Shown: positions 45,499-57,838 of the stretch, piece by piece
How positions within the stretch are numbered: the first letter of the stretch is position 1
Layout of the letters: each line of letters starts with the position of its first letter
From: Candidatus Shapirobacteria bacterium
Lineage (GTDB): Bacteria; Patescibacteriota; Microgenomatia; UBA12405
NCBI GenBank assembly: GCA_041659325.1
Contig: JBAZYN010000002.1
Location: 513-64,512, forward strand
DNA: 64,000 bases
Direction: 5' to 3'
The notes under the pieces: model-generated
What the model saw: the letters and a program-made list of their open reading frames with translations, nothing else
The model's database searches: none
What the model was told of the DNA's origin: nothing
Position numbers and translations under genes: made by a program

Positions 45499-46299
45499 TT
45501 ATTTAGTCGTGATTAAAGTAGATTTACTGCAATCGTCTGAGACGATGGCGGAGAATAAATTATCAGGGTGAGTGCCGTTGATGATAAAAACATCGGTGCC
45601 GGTTTTGGCCATATTTAAACTCTCCTCGATCTTGTGTAGCATACCGCCGGTAACATCAGCGACGGTTGAGCTTTTAAGGGCAGATCTTAGAGAAGGAAAA
45701 TTTTGGGGGGTGATTATTGGAATTGTGGTTCCGTTTTCGTCGTAGACACCATCGGTGGTACCGGCCTGGATGACTTTGGAAATTGAAAAACCATTTGATT
45801 GAAGCGGCGGGATAAGATTATCAAGGTTGGCCTCCCCGGAATAAATACAACTGCCGATTTTTTTGTCCAAAATTATATCGCCAAAAACAAGGGGAATTAT
45901 CCCAAGTTTCAGAGCGATTACAATCGGATCGATGTAGAGGGAATTTAAGTCTTTGTTATCCGAAGTAGTAAAGGATGAAGGGACAAAAGACAAAACATTT
46001 AGCCCCTCGTCTAAAAAAATACGATTAACGATACGATTGATTTCGATGGCCACTTGTTGGACCTGACATAGGCCCTTGATCTGGTCTTCTGTTTTTGCAC
46101 CGTCGGCAGTGCCATATTGACTAGCCAGAGTGTGGGCGAAAGAACCCGATCCGTGAGAAATGAGGAGTTGATATTTTGAAGATTTGGATTTTTTTATTTC
46201 TATGGCTAAACGGCGAATCACATCGTCGCGGGCAGTATAGGGCTTTGACTTGTCTGTAATTAAGCTGCCACCTAATTTTAAAAGAATTAGATTTTTCAT
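45499..46299 (-). CDS. isopentenyl phosphate kinase (amino-acid-kinase fold)
   Basis: ILLKLGGSLITDK N-terminal motif and AAK-fold length. Adjacent to the MVD gene. Confidence 0.75.
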   Translation of the reverse strand: MKNLILLKLGGSLITDKSKPYTARDDVIRRLAIEIKKSKSSKYQLLISHGSGSFAHTLASQYGTADGAKTEDQIKGLCQVQQVAIEINRIVNRIFLDEGLNVLSFVPSSFTTSDNKDLNSLYIDPIVIALKLGIIPLVFGDIILDKKIGSCIYSGEANLDNLIPPLQSNGFSISKVIQAGTTDGVYDENGTTIPIITPQNFPSLRSALKSSTVADVTGGMLHKIEESLNMAKTGTDVFIINGTHPDNLFSAIVSDDCSKSTLITTK

Positions 46300-46940
46300 T
46301 TGGAAAATAAAACTGCTTTTAACTGTTTTTGGAGCCGGCCGTGATGACGAATCAAGACAAGGATGGTACCGACTAGAACCGGTAAAAACATAGTCGGGTT
46401 TATTAAAAATATTGGGACGAGGGCAAATATTTCCCCTATCAGGCGACCCAAAATTTGGTCAGAGATGATGTGTGAAAAAGAAGGGAAACGACCTTTGAAT
46501 TTCTTTTTGATAAAGAAAACGAACTCAGTTAAATACATAAAAATAACAAGGGTGAGAAGCCAGACAATAAGCATTATCGGCTGATAGTAGAAAATTATCC
46601 CCATAAGAGTGGCGGCTCCCCGGCCACCATAAAATTTCAGAAAAACCGGATAATTGTGACCAAGGATGACAAAAAAGGTGGCTAAAACGGGACTATCGGG
46701 GAAAAGGTTTAGGACCAAAATTCCTTTAAAAATATCCGTCAGAGCGACAATCAAAAAAGCGACGGCAGCAAGAAGGATACTTCTTTTTTCTTTCTTGACG
46801 GTTCTTAGGGTATTTAGGGCGCCCATGTTGCCCGAGCCCCCGGAGCGGACATCTTGGCCGGTAAAAAGATAGACAATAATCAGGGCAGTGGGGAAACAAC
46901 CGATGAGATAAGAAATAACAATGGGGTTAATTATCGACAT
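46296..46940 (-). CDS. PlsY-family glycerol-3-phosphate acyltransferase paralog
   Basis: GSGNMGALNTLRT and GHNYPVFLKFYGGRGAAT motifs. Confidence 0.7.
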   Translation of the reverse strand: MSIINPIVISYLIGCFPTALIIVYLFTGQDVRSGGSGNMGALNTLRTVKKEKRSILLAAVAFLIVALTDIFKGILVLNLFPDSPVLATFFVILGHNYPVFLKFYGGRGAATLMGIIFYYQPIMLIVWLLTLVIFMYLTEFVFFIKKKFKGRFPSFSHIISDQILGRLIGEIFALVPIFLINPTMFLPVLVGTILVLIRHHGRLQKQLKAVLFSK

Positions 46941-48615
46941 ATGAACAAACTATTGAACCGGGGCCTAAGTGGACACTTAAAACAGGAGAAGTGACAGTGG
47001 AAAAAATTACTTTTATCCCATAATTCTCGAGTAATTGTTGTAGGTTTTTTACGAGCTTTTGGTTTGCGGTATGGGTGATAATTATTTGGAGGCGATAGTT
47101 TGGTTTATCATATTTTTTTAGACGGTCAAACATAACCCGGGCGAGATCCCCGCCCCCAAAACCCAGACCGGCATTTTTCATAACACCGTCTTTTATCTGA
47201 AGAAAAGGGTTGAGCTTTAATTTTTTTAAAACCCGAACTATATTGGCTTTGGTATGACTTAGGCGGCCACCCATTTCGGCCCACTTTGGATCATCAATCA
47301 GGGCGATGGTGTGTATTTTTGGAATCTGGCTTTTGATTTTTTTGACAATTATTTTGGCTTTTTGTTTTTTAGCAATCAGCTCTAAAATTTGGAGAGCCAA
47401 AATGGCCTCTCCCCCGCTGACGCAAAAAGAGTCGATGATGTGAACTCTTCTTTGGTCGTATAGGCTAAGTAAACTTCTGGCTTGAAGGGCGCTGTTGTAT
47501 GATCCGGATAAAAGAGAGGAAATAGTAAGACAAATGATTTTTTGGTATTTTTTTAAATGCGACTGAAAAAGCTGATGGTAAATTTTTGGTGACGGCTGGG
47601 AAGTGGTTGATACTTTGCCTGATTTAATAATCCTGAAGGGCGCAACGGGGATATCGTATTGGAAAAGTAAGTTCTTTGGCAAATCAGCGGCACCATCTAC
47701 AATCAGGCCAATACCACCCAGACGGGCGGAGACGGAGATTTGTTCTAAAAGATCCTGTTTTTCTATTTTTAGGACTTTGCCTAGGGATTTGATCTTTTTG
47801 ATAACAGGATCAGGATGGTTGGTATGAATATGAATTTTAGTTTTTTGATTGACAGTAATAATATCCAGAGAATCGCCCAAATTTTTCAGACAATCAAAAT
47901 TGTTTACAGAGGGCTTGAGGAGACAAATAATTTCAAAACGTCCGGAGTCGGAGATGGCGACAACCGGAGAGTCGGCGAATTTTTGCTTTTGAACGACATG
48001 GACATCTTGGTGATTTAGGGCTTCCAAAAAACCTTCCAGAGCAATTAAAAAACCTAAACCGCCGGCATCAACGGAAGAGGTTTTACCGGAAATCCCGACA
48101 TGTGACCTGGTGGCATCGACCGCTTTGGAGGCAGATTTGATTGAGTTTTGAAAAGCGAGAATTATGTTTTTGTTTTTCCTGCTCTCTACGGCAAAAGAGA
48201 GAGAGACGGCTTTTATAACATCGAGAACAGTGCCGGTTTTGGGATTTTGAATAGAAGTATGGGCTTTCTTGAAACCGTTTTGAAAAGCGGTGGCTAAATT
48301 GCTAATTTCGATGGGAATTTGCTGAAATGTTTGTAAAAATCCTACCAAAAATCCGGTATAAATTATACCGATGTTGCCGGAGGCAGAGTCGAGCGCCCCT
48401 TCCAGAGCAAGAGATCGAAAATCATTAATGTCGGTAAAATTTTTTGAAATTAGAGCCCTTTTGATGCCATTTAGGGTTTGGCTTAAATTGTTGCCGGTGT
48501 CTTTGTCGGGGACGGGGAAAAAATTGGTAAGGTTAATCTGGTGTTTATTTTCATCGACTTTTTCGGCGGCACGGAAAAACATTTGGGATAAATTTTCAAG
48601 GTTGAGAGAATTCAT
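46927..48615 (-). CDS. fakA: fatty acid kinase FakA-like (DAK2 + DegV-like domains)
   Basis: N-terminal Dak2-like DKDTGNNLSQTLNGI; C-terminal DegV-like ICLTISSLLSGSYNSA. 562 aa. Confidence 0.65.
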   Translation of the reverse strand: MNSLNLENLSQMFFRAAEKVDENKHQINLTNFFPVPDKDTGNNLSQTLNGIKRALISKNFTDINDFRSLALEGALDSASGNIGIIYTGFLVGFLQTFQQIPIEISNLATAFQNGFKKAHTSIQNPKTGTVLDVIKAVSLSFAVESRKNKNIILAFQNSIKSASKAVDATRSHVGISGKTSSVDAGGLGFLIALEGFLEALNHQDVHVVQKQKFADSPVVAISDSGRFEIICLLKPSVNNFDCLKNLGDSLDIITVNQKTKIHIHTNHPDPVIKKIKSLGKVLKIEKQDLLEQISVSARLGGIGLIVDGAADLPKNLLFQYDIPVAPFRIIKSGKVSTTSQPSPKIYHQLFQSHLKKYQKIICLTISSLLSGSYNSALQARSLLSLYDQRRVHIIDSFCVSGGEAILALQILELIAKKQKAKIIVKKIKSQIPKIHTIALIDDPKWAEMGGRLSHTKANIVRVLKKLKLNPFLQIKDGVMKNAGLGFGGGDLARVMFDRLKKYDKPNYRLQIIITHTANQKLVKNLQQLLENYGIKVIFSTVTSPVLSVHLGPGSIVCSYVDN

Positions 48616-49208
48616 GGACGGTTAAAAAGTGGGGGTTCCTGACCGGAGATAAGCCGGGTGATATTTTTTCGGTGAGAATACCAAATAATTAAAATCATAA
48701 TAAAACCAACGAGTGAAAGTCTAAAACCATGGAGACTATACAGTAGATATGGGGCGAAAAGTATAAGCAGGAGGTTTGTAAGACTCATGAGGTTGATGAG
48801 ATACAGAAGAGCAATCCAAACAAGAAGGCAAATTAGGCCTAAACGCCACCCGAGCAACACGGACAAAACACCAAAAGTGGTGCTGACCCCTTTGCCGCCT
48901 TTGAAACCAAGCCAAGGGTTAAAAACATTGCCAAGAACTGGGAAGAGACAAACGGCTACAAGTTGCCAATCGGAAAACCCCAGACGTTTGGCGACATAGA
49001 CAGGGATGGCCCCTTTTAAAACGTCGAAAAGCCCGACGAGGATTGCCCATTTAATACCAAATACACGAGAGATATTGGTGGCACCGATATTTCCACTCCC
49101 TTTTTTGGTAATATCAACACCTTTGACTTTACTCAAAATATAACCAAAAGGGATAGAGCCGGATAAAAAGGATAGAATTGCAACCAAAAAATACCCGGTG
49201 TCCATCAT
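48612..49208 (-). CDS. plsY: glycerol-3-phosphate acyltransferase PlsY
   Basis: GSGNIGATNISRVFG and NPWLGFKGGKGVST canonical motifs. Confidence 0.85.
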   Translation of the reverse strand: MMDTGYFLVAILSFLSGSIPFGYILSKVKGVDITKKGSGNIGATNISRVFGIKWAILVGLFDVLKGAIPVYVAKRLGFSDWQLVAVCLFPVLGNVFNPWLGFKGGKGVSTTFGVLSVLLGWRLGLICLLVWIALLYLINLMSLTNLLLILFAPYLLYSLHGFRLSLVGFIMILIIWYSHRKNITRLISGQEPPLFNRP

Positions 49209-49573
49209 GAAGATAAAACCCTTATTTCGGCCTCACCGCGGCGTTTTTCTAAATTATTGCCCACTTTCCAATTTCCTTTAGATTTAATTTTTTTGGTTTT
49301 ACCATTTGTAAGCTTAATATAGGCATAGTCAACATCATAGACTTCACCCTGGCCGTCATCATCGGCTTGATATTTCTTTTCGGTTTTAATTTCGGTAATT
49401 GTGCCGAACCACTGATCATTTAGTGACTTGAAAATAAAAAATAAACTAACCACAGCGGCAATACCTAAACCCCCCAGAGTATTTTCTTTTTCGGCGGGGT
49501 CAGGAACCAGAGTATTAATTAAAATAGCCATAACCAGAAGACCACCGGCCCACCAAGTTAAAAATTTCTTCAT
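49205..49573 (-). CDS. hypothetical membrane protein
   Basis: Two TM helices followed by a soluble domain. No motif. Confidence 0.35.
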   Translation of the reverse strand: MKKFLTWWAGGLLVMAILINTLVPDPAEKENTLGGLGIAAVVSLFFIFKSLNDQWFGTITEIKTEKKYQADDDGQGEVYDVDYAYIKLTNGKTKKIKSKGNWKVGNNLEKRRGEAEIRVLSS

Positions 49574-49646
49574 GGCTTATTTTAACAAAAACCCCGTCAG
49601 GACGACGGGGTTTTGAAATTGTTCGACGTTCTTTGAATGACATTCG

Positions 49647-51651
<2,005 letters not shown>

Positions 51652-51676
51652 ATTTTTTTGTTTGGTAAACTTATAA

Positions 51677-51703
51677 TTATCAGTGACTAAGCGAGACTGC
51701 TAA
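51677..51703 (-). promoter_or_regulatory. degenerate CIRCE-like inverted repeat (TTATCAGTG-N9-GACTGCTAA) upstream of groES
   Basis: Resembles the HrcA operator TTAGCACTC-N9-GAGTGCTAA in 14 of 18 positions and lies ~30 nt upstream of the groES start. Confidence 0.35.
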
Positions 51704-51765
51704 TATTATAACCTGGCTTTGCATTTTAGCAAGAGGGATTTAAAAAGTTTACTAGGATAAAATAG

Positions 51766-52197
51766 GTGATGAAGAAAGAAGAGCTGATAACTATATTTGA
51801 AAAAAGGCTAAAACAATCGGAGCGGGAGCGGGAAAAGTATAGCCTGGAAATAGGATTAGCAGATGGGCCGATGGAATCGGCGGGAATTTCGGTTAGCCGG
51901 TGGATAATCGAGGACAGAGCTGAAATGGCAGGGAAAGAAGTTGAGAGATGGAAAAAGGCTATAAAAGAAATTTCCCAAATAGAAATAAAAACTGATTTTG
52001 AGAAGATTGAAGTAGGAGCAAATTTGGTCTTGGTTTGGCCAAACAGGAAAAAAGAAATTCTGGTAACAAAAGAAATTGAAGATTTTGAACTCGGACTGCT
52101 ACCATCAACAAATCCGCTGGTAAAAGAGATAATAAACCAAAAAGTGGGGTTTGAATTTCAAAACCAGGGAGAAAAAATCAGGATAGAGGGTTTATAA
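51766..52197 (+). CDS. hypothetical protein
   Basis: 143-aa Lys/Glu-rich ORF. No motif. Confidence 0.35.
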   Translation: MMKKEELITIFEKRLKQSEREREKYSLEIGLADGPMESAGISVSRWIIEDRAEMAGKEVERWKKAIKEISQIEIKTDFEKIEVGANLVLVWPNRKKEILVTKEIEDFELGLLPSTNPLVKEIINQKVGFEFQNQGEKIRIEGL

Positions 52198-52235
52198 TAA
52201 CCTACATATTTGTTACAAATTTATAAAATTTTTAC

Positions 52236-53546
52236 ATGTCAAAAATAAAAAGCATTTATGCCCGGGAAATATTAGCCAGTGGCGGAGAACCAACTCTGGA
52301 AGCAACGGTTATTCTGGAAAGCGGAGCAATCGGGGAAGCATCGGTACCATATGGGGCCTCGGCCGGAAGTCACGAGGCGACGGTACTTTTGGATGGAGAT
52401 AAAAGTCGGTATAACGGTAAAGGAATGTTGAAGGCGGTGGCGAATATCAATGAAATTTTGGTTAAAGAATTAACAGGGATGGAGGCGGATGATCAGAGAA
52501 AGATTGATGAAAAGATGCTTTTGATTGACGGAACGGAATATAAATCAAAAATCGGGGGAAATGCAATGCTGGGAGTATCGATGGCGGTGGCCAGAGCGGC
52601 GGCTGAGGAAACAAAATTGCCTTTGTATTTGTATTTGAGAAAAAATTTTGGAATAGAGCAGGGGGAAATAAGACTGCCAAGACCAATGATTGTAATGATC
52701 GAAGGTGGAAAACACGCCGATAATTCAACCGATTTGCAGGAATATATGGTATCGATGCAGTTGGATGATAGCGCCCGAGAAAATGTGAGAAGAGAAATGG
52801 AAATTTATGGGAAATTAAAAAGCATTTTTAAAGAATTAAAAATTAACACTAATGTCGGCAATGAGGGGGCTTTTGCTTTTGCGGGAATTAAACAGCCCGA
52901 TGTAACAATTACCGGCGCTTTTGCCCCTTTGGCAATGAAATCAAATGAAGAGCCGTTGGGATTATTATTGAGAGCAATAGAAATGGCGGGGTATAAACCG
53001 GAAACAGAGGCGGCGTTGTCAATCGACGCGGCCGCGTCTGAATTTTATGAAAACGGAAAATATAATTTAAAAACTGAAAACCGAGTGGTGACAGCCGAAG
53101 AATTAATTGAATATTACGATTCATGGTTAAACAAGTATCCAATCGCGACAATGGAAGATATGCTTCATGAGGACGATTGGGATAATTGGGTAAAATTAGT
53201 CGAAAAAATTAACGGTAAGATACCACTGATTGCTGATGATCTGACAGTAACTAATACCAAAAGGTGGCAGAAAGCAATTGAGATGAAGGCGGCAACGGCG
53301 ATTTTGATCAAATTAAATCAGGCGGGCACATTGACGGAAACGGTGGACTGTTGTTTGTTGGCCAATAAGCATGGATTGATGACGGTGCCGTCACACCGCG
53401 GAGGAGGAGAAACAAATGATACATTTATGGTTGATTTGGCGGTGGCCGTGGGAAGCACCTATATTAAAGTCGGACCAACCAGGGGCGAGAGGGTTTGCAA
53501 GTATAATAGGTTAATGAGGATTGAGGAGGAAATAAGTGGAAAGTAA
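52236..53546 (+). CDS. eno: enolase
   Basis: SKIKSIYAREILASGGEPTLEATV, IKLNQAGTLTE, SHRGGGETND. Confidence 0.9.
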   Translation: MSKIKSIYAREILASGGEPTLEATVILESGAIGEASVPYGASAGSHEATVLLDGDKSRYNGKGMLKAVANINEILVKELTGMEADDQRKIDEKMLLIDGTEYKSKIGGNAMLGVSMAVARAAAEETKLPLYLYLRKNFGIEQGEIRLPRPMIVMIEGGKHADNSTDLQEYMVSMQLDDSARENVRREMEIYGKLKSIFKELKINTNVGNEGAFAFAGIKQPDVTITGAFAPLAMKSNEEPLGLLLRAIEMAGYKPETEAALSIDAAASEFYENGKYNLKTENRVVTAEELIEYYDSWLNKYPIATMEDMLHEDDWDNWVKLVEKINGKIPLIADDLTVTNTKRWQKAIEMKAATAILIKLNQAGTLTETVDCCLLANKHGLMTVPSHRGGGETNDTFMVDLAVAVGSTYIKVGPTRGERVCKYNRLMRIEEEISGK

Positions 53547-53850
53547 GAATTTGATACAGGAACCTCCGGTAGGAGAAAGCTTATTTGTTCGCGTTAATGA
53601 TGAAGTAGTCTTTGTTCCAAGTTTAGATATGCCTTATCAAAGGATGCTAAAAGAAAAAGGGTGGCCAACAGACCGCGCTTTTGTAAGAACAAATCAAGTG
53701 GATTTGGGAGTGGCAGTAAGGGGAGACAACGATGTAGCTTTGGGAGGCCGATCTGTAATATATGACTGGCCTCCCCGGGATGATACAGAAATCAGGCCAG
53801 CAACAGAAAATATACTAAGGAGAAAATTCCCCGAGTTAGACCTGGGATGA
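53536..53850 (+). CDS. hypothetical small protein
   Basis: 104-aa ORF overlapping the eno stop. No motif. Confidence 0.3.
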   Translation: MESKNLIQEPPVGESLFVRVNDEVVFVPSLDMPYQRMLKEKGWPTDRAFVRTNQVDLGVAVRGDNDVALGGRSVIYDWPPRDDTEIRPATENILRRKFPELDLG

Positions 53851-53927
53851 ACCAGGATAGGAGTTTGGCAGAAAATAAACAAAGGATAAAAACTGATAAT
53901 TATTAATAAACAACCCACAAGAAAGAA

Positions 53928-55511
53928 ATGAAAAAACCGGTAGTCTATATAATCCTTGACGGCTGGGGAATAGCACCGGCGGGGGCAGGGAACGCCATAA
54001 GCGTGGCTAAAACGCCATACATGGATTACCTCAAGGCGAATTACCCGTATACAGAAATCGGGGCGGGGGGTGAGGCAATCGGGCTTTGGAAGGGGCATCA
54101 GGGGGCATCGGAAATCGGACATTTTATAATCGGGGCGGGAAGAAATGTGTTTTTGCCACAAAATAAAATCGCCAATGCAGTCAGCAGCGGGGAAATTATG
54201 GAAAACAAGGTATTTTTGGAAACGATGGAGTATGTAAAAAAAAATAAATCGACGCTACACATTGCCGGACTAATGTCTAACTCTGGAGTACACAGTTATG
54301 ATGTGTTTATGCATGCTTTAATTGAGATGGCGGCAAAAAACGGGGTTTCTGATGTGGTGGTTCATTTCTTTAGCGATGGGCGGGATACTCCCCCATTTGA
54401 GGCAAAAGTTTATCTTGACCGGCTAAATAAAGTTTTTGAAAAAACCGGAGTTGGGAGAGTAGGAACAGTGATGGGCAGATACTGGATTATGGACCGGGAC
54501 CATAGATGGGATAGGGTGGCAATAGGTTACAGGGCAATGGCGGAGGGCAAAGCGGAATATTTTGCCAAGAGTGCTCAGGAAGCAATTGAGACGGCGTATA
54601 AGCGAGCCCAAGAAGCCAAAGACAGAGGGGAAAATTTGGTTGAAAGCGATGAGTTTATAAAACCAACGGTAATAGTTGACGAAAAACAAGAGCCGGTGGG
54701 AAAAATAAAAGACGGGGATGCCCTGATTTGGGCAAATGCCAGAACCGACCGGGCGATAGAAATTACTCAAGCTTTTACTGAAGATAACTTTGTTGACTTT
54801 GACCGGGGCAAAAAATTAAATATTAAATTTGTGGGGACTTTCAAGTATTACGACGGGATGAAGGTACCTTATGCCTATGAAAAGGACTATCCGACCAATA
54901 CTTTTGGAGAGATTATAAGTAAAGCAGGGCTGAAACAATTCAGGGTAACGGAAACGGAAAAATGGATCTATGTAACAACAATGTTTTCGGGAATGAGAGA
55001 GGAGCCATTTGAGGGGGAAGACCGAATGCTAATTCCCTCCGATAAGATTGAGACTTATGATCTGCAGCCAAAAATGCATACGATGGATATAGCCAAAGGG
55101 GCGGTGGAGGCCATAAACAGCGACAAGTATGCCCTTATTATGATGAATTTTAACAATCCGGATATCATCGGACACACAGGGAATATCCCGGCGGCGATTG
55201 TCGGAATTGAGGAATGTGACAGGGCGGTGGAAATGGTAACAAAGGCGACACTGCAAAAGGGCGGATTAGTGGTGGTGTCAGCTGATCATGGCAATGCGGA
55301 AATAATGATGAACAAGGACGGGACTCCGGAAACGGCTCACTCGGCCAATAAGGTGCCGTTTATTGTCGTGGACGACGATCCCAAATTTAAAAATATAAAA
55401 TTAAAAAGCGGTGGAGCATTAAAAGACGTAACACCGACGATTTTGGAGATTTTGGAAATCCCTAAACCGCCGGAAATGACCGGAGTAAGCTTGATTGAAC
55501 CTGGAAGATAA
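53928..55511 (+). CDS. gpmI: 2,3-bisphosphoglycerate-independent phosphoglycerate mutase
   Basis: VVYIILDGWGIA N-terminus; SADHGNAE; 527 aa. Confidence 0.9.
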   Translation: MKKPVVYIILDGWGIAPAGAGNAISVAKTPYMDYLKANYPYTEIGAGGEAIGLWKGHQGASEIGHFIIGAGRNVFLPQNKIANAVSSGEIMENKVFLETMEYVKKNKSTLHIAGLMSNSGVHSYDVFMHALIEMAAKNGVSDVVVHFFSDGRDTPPFEAKVYLDRLNKVFEKTGVGRVGTVMGRYWIMDRDHRWDRVAIGYRAMAEGKAEYFAKSAQEAIETAYKRAQEAKDRGENLVESDEFIKPTVIVDEKQEPVGKIKDGDALIWANARTDRAIEITQAFTEDNFVDFDRGKKLNIKFVGTFKYYDGMKVPYAYEKDYPTNTFGEIISKAGLKQFRVTETEKWIYVTTMFSGMREEPFEGEDRMLIPSDKIETYDLQPKMHTMDIAKGAVEAINSDKYALIMMNFNNPDIIGHTGNIPAAIVGIEECDRAVEMVTKATLQKGGLVVVSADHGNAEIMMNKDGTPETAHSANKVPFIVVDDDPKFKNIKLKSGGALKDVTPTILEILEIPKPPEMTGVSLIEPGR

Positions 55512-55533
55512 AGATGAGTTTCTTGGAATTGTT

Positions 55534-57762
55534 TTAAATTCTCTCTTTTACTTCAAATTTTCCATATATTTTTGTTGTTCGATAGTTATTTAGAATATAG
55601 TTATTAATCAATTCCAATTTGAGAGGTGATAAGTCCGCAAAATTCATGTTTGGATTATAAATTATTATGGCTTTTTGATTATTATCTAAATCGGTTATCA
55701 TTTGAATCTGGTGGGCCAGAGTAAAGAACCCATAGGGGGTATCATTTTTGGTAGCATTTTCTTTTCCGCTTAGAAAATATATTTCCGGCATCCAAGGATA
55801 GGCGAAAATTTTTTGATTGGAGGGAGTTTGGGAAAGAAAATCTATTAAATCATCGATGGCGGCAGTATCGGTTCCCTGGTCGACGGCAATTCCAAATTTT
55901 GAATTTTTATAATTTTTAAAAGTTCCGGGTATTTTTCCGTAAGATTGGATTTTTTCCACCTGGCTATATATAAAAAAATCGTTGAAGGAACTTCGGTTTA
56001 AAATAAGGGTAAAAACTATAAGGCTGATGCCAAAAATCATGGATATTTTTTTACATAAGTTTTCAACCAGGAAACCAAACAAAATCAGAGCAATAATCAG
56101 GGGAAAGAGCAGATGCCACCAATCCGATCGACCTAAAGCACTTCTAAATAGAAATAAACCGATTAGACAAAGGGTTATAACAATTCCGGTATTCGGATTT
56201 TCTTTTTTTTCTTTAATCGATTTGCTTATCCCCCAAAAAAGGGAGCCGATAATTGTAAGCTGGCTGAACTGCCACCACATTTCTATTGATCCCAAATAAT
56301 TGTTGACAATTCTCCAATCTAATAACTGCAAAAGGTTGCTTCTTTCTACCGCCAAATTAAAAAAACCATTCGAGAATGCATTTGAATAATAGGCTAATTG
56401 TCCGACCATGTCGAGAAAAGCCCCGTGATAAAAAAGAAAAAAGGAGATGGGGGTAACTATTGTCAGCAGTCCGCATAGGTAATAAAAGAAAGGTTTTATT
56501 ATCTTGGTTTTTTGGGTGGTTATTAAATAGATACTGACTGATAAAAATGACACAATACCTACTTCTAGACTAATAAAAATTGACAAGGCGTTGGCAATCC
56601 CTGCCCAAATCAGCCACCAATTTTTTTTGGAATTTATGTAATTAAACAATGGAATTAAGGGTAATAAACCCATGGCTAATCTGATTTCTACGTTGTTTTT
56701 TGTTAATCCGTTGCTTATACCCATTATCATAGTAAGAATTGTTATCCGAGCGACTTTGTTGTTGATAATGGTTTTTATTAACGAATAGAAAATAAAATAG
56801 GCAACTATCTGAAGAAGGTGAAAGAAAAGCTTCACGTTGGCAACGGTGGCTCCTGTCAATAATACAAAATACTTTAGAGTCCAAGCCAATAAAGGAGGTT
56901 GGTGGGCCATAAAATCCCTATAGATGATTTGATTGTTTAAAAGACGCTGTAACCACCCCAACCAAAAACCTTCTTCGACAGAATCCAAATCTGACCGATA
57001 ATAGAGAGGATTAAAGGCCACAATAGTAATCAGCGCAAAAGGATATATTTTAAAAATAAAATTAAATATCTTTTCCTTATTTTTTGATTTCATTATTTCT
57101 GTAATAACCACAAAAATGGCGGTTATTATCAATAAAAACAGAAGCCAATAAAAATTTCCGGGTTTTATTACCAAAAAAATTAACAGTAGATGACTGGGAT
57201 TTTGTAAAAAACGAAAAGGCAATAAATGATAAAGTAAGGGCATAAAGCCCAGGACAAATAGCGGCAAGATCAGTGAGTAGTTGAATTTTTGAATCACCTG
57301 CATCATAACCAGACCAAGAAAAATGCCATTGGTGAATAACTTGGGATTAAATACGATTTCTTTGTCCTCCCCTTTTGACATTAGCATCGTCCAAAACATA
57401 AATTGAAATAGGACAAAGAAAGCCAGGACCAAGGTTCCGGAAAAATCCACAAAATTCACCTGGGCAAAAAATAAAAGAGAAACCCCAAAATATAACCAAT
57501 CATAAAGGCGTGCTTTTCTCTGGCGATGTTTAATAAAAATTAGAGTAAAGGCAAACAAAATGGCAATTACCAGAACAAGTAAGCCGTATTCAATTATGTC
57601 GATTGACTTGGCCTGAGCTAATTGCCGGGAAAACGAAGGAATCGCCTCCCAAGATGACTTTGAAAATATGTTGACTGAGCTGAATTTGTTTAGTAGATAC
57701 AAAAATATTTTATCCAAGCCGAGGGAAAAGAAAAGTGTTCCCAAAAAAAGACCGATAGTCAT
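55534..57762 (-). CDS. large polytopic membrane protein with C-terminal soluble domain (putative GT-C-like glycosyltransferase)
   Basis: ~16 predicted TM helices. The C-terminal domain shares the ...IF(A/I)..W....IY.LS.....IIYYN pattern with 19950..21413. Confidence 0.45.
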   Translation of the reverse strand: MTIGLFLGTLFFSLGLDKIFLYLLNKFSSVNIFSKSSWEAIPSFSRQLAQAKSIDIIEYGLLVLVIAILFAFTLIFIKHRQRKARLYDWLYFGVSLLFFAQVNFVDFSGTLVLAFFVLFQFMFWTMLMSKGEDKEIVFNPKLFTNGIFLGLVMMQVIQKFNYSLILPLFVLGFMPLLYHLLPFRFLQNPSHLLLIFLVIKPGNFYWLLFLLIITAIFVVITEIMKSKNKEKIFNFIFKIYPFALITIVAFNPLYYRSDLDSVEEGFWLGWLQRLLNNQIIYRDFMAHQPPLLAWTLKYFVLLTGATVANVKLFFHLLQIVAYFIFYSLIKTIINNKVARITILTMIMGISNGLTKNNVEIRLAMGLLPLIPLFNYINSKKNWWLIWAGIANALSIFISLEVGIVSFLSVSIYLITTQKTKIIKPFFYYLCGLLTIVTPISFFLFYHGAFLDMVGQLAYYSNAFSNGFFNLAVERSNLLQLLDWRIVNNYLGSIEMWWQFSQLTIIGSLFWGISKSIKEKKENPNTGIVITLCLIGLFLFRSALGRSDWWHLLFPLIIALILFGFLVENLCKKISMIFGISLIVFTLILNRSSFNDFFIYSQVEKIQSYGKIPGTFKNYKNSKFGIAVDQGTDTAAIDDLIDFLSQTPSNQKIFAYPWMPEIYFLSGKENATKNDTPYGFFTLAHQIQMITDLDNNQKAIIIYNPNMNFADLSPLKLELINNYILNNYRTTKIYGKFEVKERI

Positions 57763-57838
57763 GAGGAAGCTTAACTAATTTGAATAATTAAGTAAATATG
57801 AAGTACATTTTCGAACTTAAGAGAGAGGAGATAAGTTT

